The notes beneath the pieces are model-generated. The model searched no databases. It saw only the letters and a list, made by a program, of their open reading frames with translations, and had not been told where the DNA came from. 48,542 nucleotides of DNA, from contig JBJMTU010000372.1 of assembly GCA_045811545.1 (NCBI GenBank), positions 1 through 48,542 of the forward strand, given 5' to 3'. This DNA comes from Xanthobacteraceae bacterium (GTDB lineage Bacteria; Pseudomonadota; Alphaproteobacteria; Rhizobiales; Xanthobacteraceae). A program made the translations under genes and the position numbers. This document shows, piece by piece, positions 43,317 through 48,542 of this stretch (its first letter is position 1; each line of letters opens with the position of its first letter).

Positions 43317-46300
43317 ATGATCGCAGATACGAACACTTGCCCCGCCGCGGATGCAGATACGACACCCCTCTTCAGCGCTGCCTACGCGCCGCCCGACGAG
43401 GCGATCGCAGCCACCCTGCTCGATGAAGCCGCCCGCGCCAGCGAGGCCGAACGGCGAATCGACGCCTACGCAAGGCGTCTGGTCGAGGGGATCAGGGCGA
43501 GGGCCGGGGGACTCGGCGGCGTCGAGGATTTCCTGCACGCCTATTCCCTCTCAACCAAGGAGGGGCTTGCCCTCATGGTATTGGCGGAGGCGCTGCTGCG
43601 GGTGCCCGATGCCGCCACCGCCGACCGGCTGATCGAGGACAAGCTGGCGACCGGCGAATGGTCGTCGCACCATGTCAAATCGAGCGCGCTCTTGGTCTCG
43701 GCCTCGGCGTGGACGCTCGGCATTACCGCTCGCATCATCCACCCCGGCGAGACCCCGGATACGATTCTGGAAAGTCTCATCAAACGCCTTGGCATTCCCG
43801 CCGTACGCGCGGCCACGCGCCAGGCGATGCGGCTCTTGGCCTCGCATTTCGTGCTCGGACAGACCATCGAGGAGGCGCTTGAGCGCGCCCGCGACCAACG
43901 AGCGCTGCGCTATTCATTCGACATGCTGGGGGAGGGTGCGCGCACGCGGGCGGACGCGGAGCGTTATTTCGCGTCCTACGCCCATGCGATCGAGGCCATC
44001 GGCAGGCATGCCGCTGATGCGAACCGTGCCGCCATTTCGGTCAAGCTTTCCGCCTTGCATCCGCGCTTCGAGGCGGTATCGCGCGATCTGGTTTTGACCG
44101 AACTCGTGCCGCAGGTGCTCCAGCTAGCGCAGAAGGCGCGCGACTGCGGCCTCGATCTTACGGTGGATGCCGAGGAGGCCGATCGGCTCGAACTCACCCT
44201 CGACGTGATCGCAGCAGTCCTGGCGGAGACGTCGCTGCGCGGCTGGGACGGCTTTGGGGTTGCGGTACAAGCCTATCAGAAGCGCGCGCCTGCCGTGATC
44301 GAGTGGCTCGACGAAACCGCCAGCAGGCTGCGCTGCCGACTGACGGTGCGGCTGGTCAAGGGCGCCTACTGGGATACCGAAATCAAACGCGCCCAGGAGC
44401 GCGGTCTCGCCGACTATCCCGTGTTCACGCGCAAGACGATGACCGACCTCTGCTATACCGCCTGCACCAGAAAGCTGCTCGCCAAGCGGCCGCGGCTCTA
44501 TCCGCAATTCGCGACTCACAACGCGCTCACCGTCGCAAGTGTGATCGAGGATGCCGGCGGCGTTGAAGGCTATGAGTTCCAGCGCCTGTACGGCATGGGC
44601 GAGGTGCTGTACCAGCTCTTGCTGGCCGATTACCCGCGGGCGGTCTGCCGGATCTACGCTCCGGTCGGCGGCCACCGCGATCTTCTCGCCTATCTCGTGC
44701 GCCGTCTGCTGGAGAACGGCGCGAACTCCTCCTTCGTGTCGGTGGCCGCGGATCCGGCGGTGCCGGTTGCCTCGATTCTCGAACGTCCGCAGAACCGGAT
44801 CGGCGACGCGCGTCGTGCGCGCAACCCGAAGATTCCTCTGCCGCGCGACCTTTATGCCCCGGAACGACGCAACTCGTCCGGCGTGGAATTCGGCGACCGG
44901 ACGGCACTCGATGCGCTGCTCGCCGAGATCCGCGATGCCCGCCCTGCGGTCGAGGCGGCGCCGTTCGTCGATGGGACGAGCCGTCCCGGCGTCGAGCGCT
45001 CGGTGCTGTCGCCGATCGATGGCAATGTGATTGGCCGGGTTGGCGAGGCAGACGGCGCCGTCGCCTCGGCGGCCATGGCGGCAGCGCACGCGGGTTTTGT
45101 CCCGTGGGCCGCGACCGCGCTCGAGGTGCGCTCCGCCGTGCTCGAGCGCGCTGGCGATCTCCTTGAAGGACGGCGCGCCCGGCTCATCGCGCTGTTGCAG
45201 GGGGAGGGCGGCAAGACGCTCGACGACGCGCTGGCGGAAGTGCGCGAGGCCGTCGATTTCTGTCGCTACTACGCGCTCGAGGCGCGCCGCACGCTGGCGC
45301 CGCGGTCGTTGCCCGGGCCGACCGGCGAAGCAAACGAGCTTCGCTACCGCGGCCGTGGCGTGTTCGTCTGCATCAGCCCATGGAATTTTCCGCTCTCGAT
45401 CTTTCTCGGTCAGGTCAGCGCCGCGCTGGTTGCCGGCAATACAGTGGTGGCGAAACCGGCCGAGCAGACGCCGCTCATCGCCGGCGAGGCGGTGCGCATC
45501 TTGCATCAAGCGGGAATTCCATCGAGCGCGCTGCATCTGTTGCCGGGCGACGGCAAAGTCGGCGCCGCGCTCGTCGCCGATCCGCGCGTCGGGGGCGTTG
45601 CCTTCACCGGCTCGACTGAAGTCGCCCGCGCGATCGATCGCGCGCTGGCCGTGAAGGATGGTCCCATCGTGCCGCTGATCGCGGAAACCGGCGGCATCAA
45701 TCCGATGATCGTCGACGCGACCGCGCTGCCGGAGCAAGTCACCGACGATGTCATCACCTCGGCGTTCCGCTCGGCCGGCCAGCGCTGCTCGGCGCTGCGC
45801 CTGCTCTGCGTGCAGGAGGATGTGGCCGATCCCATCGTCGAGATGATCGCAGGCGCCGCGCGCGAGCTCACCCTCGGCGATCCGCGCGCGCCTTCCACTC
45901 ATGTGGGGCCTGTGATCGATGCCGAGGCGAAGGAGAAGCTCGACCGCTGGATTGCCGACAAGGAGCGGGAAGGCCGCCTGCGCTTCCGTTGGGACGCCTT
46001 CAAGCCGTTGCCGCAGAGAGGCACCTACGTGCCGCCGGCCATCGTCATGCTCGAGCGCGCGCGGGATTTGCGGCAAGAGGTGTTCGGACCAATCCTGCAC
46101 GTCGTGCGCTGGCGCGCCGGCGAGCTCGATGTATTGCTCGATGAGATTGCGGCAAACGGCTACGCTCTCACGCTCGGCATCCATTCCCGCATCGATACCA
46201 CCGTCGACCACATCGTCGGGCGGCTTCCTCACGGGAACGTCTACGTCAATCGCAGCATGATCGGTGCCGTCGTCGGCACGCAGCCGTTCGGCGGCAGCGC

Positions 46301-46427
46301 GCTTTCGGGCACCGGCCCGAAGGCGGGCGGTCCCAACTATGTCGAGCGATTTGCCGCCGAGCAGGTGGTGACCATCAACACCGCCGCTGTGGGTGGCAAT
46401 GCCTCGTTGTTCGCCAGTGAGGACTAG
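43317..46427 (+). CDS. putA: bifunctional proline dehydrogenase / L-glutamate-gamma-semialdehyde dehydrogenase
   Basis: The 1036-aa protein has a PRODH barrel region (FDMLGEGA, LSALHPR, VQAYQKR, VRLVKGAYWD) followed by an ALDH domain (WNFPL, FTGSTEVA, ETGGINPMIVD, AGQRCSALR). There is no N-terminal ribbon-helix-helix domain. Confidence 0.95.
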   Translation: MIADTNTCPAADADTTPLFSAAYAPPDEAIAATLLDEAARASEAERRIDAYARRLVEGIRARAGGLGGVEDFLHAYSLSTKEGLALMVLAEALLRVPDAATADRLIEDKLATGEWSSHHVKSSALLVSASAWTLGITARIIHPGETPDTILESLIKRLGIPAVRAATRQAMRLLASHFVLGQTIEEALERARDQRALRYSFDMLGEGARTRADAERYFASYAHAIEAIGRHAADANRAAISVKLSALHPRFEAVSRDLVLTELVPQVLQLAQKARDCGLDLTVDAEEADRLELTLDVIAAVLAETSLRGWDGFGVAVQAYQKRAPAVIEWLDETASRLRCRLTVRLVKGAYWDTEIKRAQERGLADYPVFTRKTMTDLCYTACTRKLLAKRPRLYPQFATHNALTVASVIEDAGGVEGYEFQRLYGMGEVLYQLLLADYPRAVCRIYAPVGGHRDLLAYLVRRLLENGANSSFVSVAADPAVPVASILERPQNRIGDARRARNPKIPLPRDLYAPERRNSSGVEFGDRTALDALLAEIRDARPAVEAAPFVDGTSRPGVERSVLSPIDGNVIGRVGEADGAVASAAMAAAHAGFVPWAATALEVRSAVLERAGDLLEGRRARLIALLQGEGGKTLDDALAEVREAVDFCRYYALEARRTLAPRSLPGPTGEANELRYRGRGVFVCISPWNFPLSIFLGQVSAALVAGNTVVAKPAEQTPLIAGEAVRILHQAGIPSSALHLLPGDGKVGAALVADPRVGGVAFTGSTEVARAIDRALAVKDGPIVPLIAETGGINPMIVDATALPEQVTDDVITSAFRSAGQRCSALRLLCVQEDVADPIVEMIAGAARELTLGDPRAPSTHVGPVIDAEAKEKLDRWIADKEREGRLRFRWDAFKPLPQRGTYVPPAIVMLERARDLRQEVFGPILHVVRWRAGELDVLLDEIAANGYALTLGIHSRIDTTVDHIVGRLPHGNVYVNRSMIGAVVGTQPFGGSALSGTGPKAGGPNYVERFAAEQVVTINTAAVGGNASLFASED

Positions 46428-46501
46428 TGTGGTGGATTTGAAGTTCCTACGGATTTGCAGCGAGCTTCGAATAGGAACTTCAAATCCAAAAACCACACTA
46501 G
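46424..46501. repeat. 78-nt perfect hairpin element 1 (26-bp stem), overlapping the putA stop codon
   Basis: CTAGTGTGGT+GGATTTGAAGTTCCTA (46424-46449) pairs with TAGGAACTTCAAATCC (46472-46487) and ACCACACTAG (46492-46501). There is an AAAA bulge and a 22-nt loop. I verified the pairing base by base. Confidence 0.9.
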
Positions 46502-46514
46502 AGTCATAAGTTTG

Positions 46515-46590
46515 CTAGTGTCCCTTTGATTCCGAAGTTCGCACAAGAGTGTGCGGCGAGGGCTTGCGAACTTCGGAATCGGGACACTAG
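46515..46590. repeat. 76-nt perfect hairpin element 2 (26-bp stem), paralogous to element 1
   Basis: CTAGTGTCCC (46515-46524) and, after a TTT bulge, GATTCCGAAGTTCGCA (46528-46543) pair with TGCGAACTTCGGAATC+GGGACACTAG (46565-46590). The loop is 21 nt. It has the same 10+16 bp architecture and the same CTAGTGT/ACACTAG ends as element 1. Confidence 0.9.
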
Positions 46591-46642
46591 GAGCATAGTC
46601 GTTAACCCACTCGCGGCCGATTGGCGTTATCCTGGGGGAGGC

Positions 46643-47023
46643 ATGAGTGATTCGCTCGATCGCCTCTATCAGGCTGTCCTGGCCGCCCGCGCCGCAGACC
46701 CGGCATCCTCGCGGACCGCGCGGCTGTTGCACGCGGGCCGCAGCAAGATGGCCAAGAAGCTCGCGGAGGAAGCGGTCGAGGTGGTGATCGACGCCATGAA
46801 CGGCGATTCCGATGCGGTGGTGCGCGAAAGCGCCGACCTGCTCTACAATCTTGTGGTGCTCTGGGTCGCATCCGACGTCCACCCGAGCGACGTGTGGACG
46901 GAGATGGAGCGGCGCGAGCGGCTCTTGGGAATTGCCGAGAAACTTCCGAAGGAACGCGCCGACGCTCCACTGCGGCGCAAAGTCGTCGCGCTCGATCGCA
47001 GCCGCGCGCGCAAGCGGCGTTGA
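46643..47023 (+). CDS. hisE: phosphoribosyl-ATP pyrophosphohydrolase
   Basis: ATG 46643 follows GGGGGAGG. LDRLYQAV..R......S.TA.LL..G..K.AKKL.EEA.EV...A......AVV.ESADLLYNLVVLW matches the HisE/MazG-like pattern. Confidence 0.85.
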   Translation: MSDSLDRLYQAVLAARAADPASSRTARLLHAGRSKMAKKLAEEAVEVVIDAMNGDSDAVVRESADLLYNLVVLWVASDVHPSDVWTEMERRERLLGIAEKLPKERADAPLRRKVVALDRSRARKRR

Positions 47024-47051
47024 TCGCCCTTCGATAGACATGCGTGCGCTC

Positions 47052-47071
47052 ATTCCCGCGCAAGCGTGAAT
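47052..47071. repeat. short REP-like hairpin after hisE
   Basis: ATTCCCGC-GCAA-GCGTGAAT has an 8-bp stem with one mismatch. It resembles the 'cattcccgcg..gcgggaatcc' type repeat common in Rhizobiales (from memory). Confidence 0.3.
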
Positions 47072-47204
47072 CCAACCCCAAAGACTTGTCCCGCTTTTGC
47101 CGGGGACGAACGGCTCAGTGTCTTGAGACGGTCTCGAGCCAGCTGAGGCTGCGTCGAGTCTGGCGGATGGACAATTGCGTCGCTCGCCGCTAAGCAAGCC
47201 CGCC

Positions 47205-47786
47205 ATGCTTCGCCGCCTCTACAATTGGTGCATCGCCGCCGCCGACAAGCCGTACGCCACTTGGCTGTTGGGCGCGGTATCGTTCATGGAAAGCTCGTTC
47301 TTTCCCATCCCGCCCGACACGATGCTCGTTCCCATGGCGCTGGCGCGTCCGGACCGCGCCTGGTTCTACGCGACCGTGTGCACGATCACGTCGGTCGCCG
47401 GCGGCGTGCTCGGCTATTTCATCGGCGCGGTGCTTTACGACTCGCTCGGGCTCTGGCTGATCCAGCTCTATGGTTACGGCGATAAGGTCGACGCGTTCCG
47501 CGCAGCCTACGCGCAGTGGGGCGGCTGGATCATCCTGATCAAAGGATTCACGCCCATCCCCTATAAGATCGTGACCATTGCCTCGGGCTTTGCCGGTTAC
47601 AATTTCTTCCTGTTCGTCGTCCTGTCCATCATCACGCGCGGCATGCGGTTCTACGTCGAGGCCTTCCTGCTCAACCGCTACGGCGCGCGAGCGCGCGCGA
47701 TTCTGGAAGAGCGGTTGGAGGTCTGGGCGACGGCCTTTGCGGTCGTGCTCGTCGCCGGCATTTTTGCCGCGCTCTATCTGTTTTGA
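47205..47786 (+). CDS. DedA/YqaA-family membrane protein
   Basis: ATG 47205. ESSFFPIPPD, a conserved re-entrant-loop motif, is followed by GF.PIPYK.VTI.SG. Length is 193 aa with 4-5 hydrophobic segments. Confidence 0.85.
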   Translation: MLRRLYNWCIAAADKPYATWLLGAVSFMESSFFPIPPDTMLVPMALARPDRAWFYATVCTITSVAGGVLGYFIGAVLYDSLGLWLIQLYGYGDKVDAFRAAYAQWGGWIILIKGFTPIPYKIVTIASGFAGYNFFLFVVLSIITRGMRFYVEAFLLNRYGARARAILEERLEVWATAFAVVLVAGIFAALYLF

Positions 47787-47851
47787 GTTCCACTGCTCCT
47801 CAATTTTGCCACGGCACGCGCCCAGCCTTCGCGCGGCTGTGCTATCACGGG

Positions 47852-48421
47852 ATGGGGATGACCGGCCGTTCACCACAAATCGGTGCTCGCGGCGTCGCGG
47901 TGCGCGCGGCGGTTGCCGCATGCGCGGTTTTGCTGGTTGTCTCCGCCCTCGCGCAAGACGAGCGCCCTCCATCCGAGATTCCAAGGCCGGGCGAGGGCGC
48001 TCCGCCGCCCGCGGCCGAATCCAATTCGTTGCCCCGGCCGGGCTTGGTCGATGCAATCGGCCGTTGGCTCGACGATGGCACCACGAAATTCAGAACCGAT
48101 TTGCAGGGCGCACAGCAGACCTTCGATCAGCTTACAGATCAGACCCGCGATGCGGCCAAGGATGTGACCGGCGCGGTCATGGCATGGCCGAATGTGCGCA
48201 TCGTGCCGGTGCGCGAGCGCTGCGCCGTGTCGGCTGGCGGCGGCCCCGATTGTCAGGCGGCGGCGACGACGGCCTGCCGCGGCAAGGGATTTAGCACCGG
48301 CAACAGCCTCGATACCCAGTCGGAGCAGAAATGCCCGGCGCAAGTGTTGCTCCGTGGTCGCGCCGCGAGCGCTGCCGAATGTCGGACCGAGACGTTCGTG
48401 ACCCGCGCGCTGTGCCAATAG
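47852..48421 (+). CDS. secreted hypothetical protein with six-Cys C-terminal region
   Basis: ORF 47783..48421. ATG 47852 or 47858 gives the signal-like RAAVAACAVLLVVSALAQ. A Pro-rich linker follows. The C-terminal 70 aa contain 6 Cys. I recognise no family. Confidence 0.55.
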   Translation: MGMTGRSPQIGARGVAVRAAVAACAVLLVVSALAQDERPPSEIPRPGEGAPPPAAESNSLPRPGLVDAIGRWLDDGTTKFRTDLQGAQQTFDQLTDQTRDAAKDVTGAVMAWPNVRIVPVRERCAVSAGGGPDCQAAATTACRGKGFSTGNSLDTQSEQKCPAQVLLRGRAASAAECRTETFVTRALCQ

Positions 48422-48440
48422 ACGTTCGTGCGGCGACCTC

Positions 48441-48542
48441 GGTGCGCCCCTCCCCCCGGGGGGGAGTGGGTTGGGGGTCGGGGGTGTCGAGAGACCTTAA
48501 CCCCTCACCCCACCCCTCTCCCTATGGGAGAGGGAGCAGACC
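48441..48542. repeat. mosaic G/C-rich palindromic intergenic repeat, short copy (may continue past window end)
   Basis: It shares GAGAGACC(TT/AA)AACCCCTCACCCCACCCCT and the terminal GGGAGAGGGAGCAGACC with 2124-2300. The hairpin CCCCTCTCCC-TAT-GGGAGAGGG is intact here. In the long copy this position carries a ~66-nt palindromic insert. Confidence 0.8.

Noticed and set aside
44124-46496. 790-aa minus-strand ORF
   Set aside because: It is antisense to putA, whose PRODH and ALDH motifs are unambiguous.
1-48542. Search by eye for tRNA, rRNA, CRISPR arrays, transposases, integrases, phage or defence-system genes and toxin-antitoxin pairs
   Set aside because: I could not support any of these. No regularly spaced direct repeats, no cloverleaf-like conserved tRNA blocks in intergenic regions, and no ORF with transposase or integrase motifs were found. 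tRNAscan-SE, Rfam or an ISfinder search could still reveal small elements I cannot detect manually.

Overview
This is a 48.5 kb, high-GC (roughly two-thirds G+C by eye) stretch of chromosome-like DNA. Gene content, Bug-family and TRAP-type binding proteins, a short PutA without a DNA-binding domain, and G/C-rich palindromic intergenic repeats suggest an alphaproteobacterium of the Rhizobiales/Bradyrhizobiaceae type; that taxonomic call is inference only. I support about 33 protein-coding genes. Left to right they are: an EutA-family reactivase homologue with His-rich tails, then a fused-permease ABC importer, its ATPase and a bicupin; a low-GC islet carrying one capsule-synthesis-like (KpsS/KpsC-type) gene; a four-gene OMF-MdtA-MdtB-MdtC RND efflux operon; a PuuE-like polysaccharide deacetylase divergent from a large polytopic membrane protein; a Bug/TctC binding protein, an alpha/beta hydrolase and a CAP-domain lipoprotein; an MFS transporter followed by a signal-peptide-less DctP-like protein; a membrane-anchored VanY/M15-like peptidase; an acyl-CoA synthetase, an LLM flavin oxidoreductase and a MarR regulator; a ComEA-like HhH protein; a FATP-type acyl-CoA synthetase translationally coupled to a DUF924 gene; a PBP5-type DD-carboxypeptidase; a thiolase; a GT-C-like membrane glycosyltransferase, an FkbM methyltransferase and an NdvA/ChvA-like ABC exporter; an NMT1-type binding protein; putA; hisE; a DedA/YqaA protein; and a small secreted Cys-containing protein. 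I found no rRNA, tRNA, CRISPR array, transposase or integrase. Many long ORFs in the track are antisense shadow ORFs typical of high-GC DNA and were rejected. The items most worth follow-up are: (1) the EutA-like/His-rich + binding-protein-less ABC + bicupin cluster with no ethanolamine ammonia-lyase genes; (2) two tandem ~77-nt perfect hairpin elements after putA whose stems differ by compensatory changes; (3) the MFS + cytoplasmic DctP-like pair; (4) the low-GC single-gene islet; (5) the ndvA-FkbM-GT-C module; and (6) a mosaic palindromic repeat present at both ends of the window. All functional calls come from reading motifs in the translations. No database search was run.
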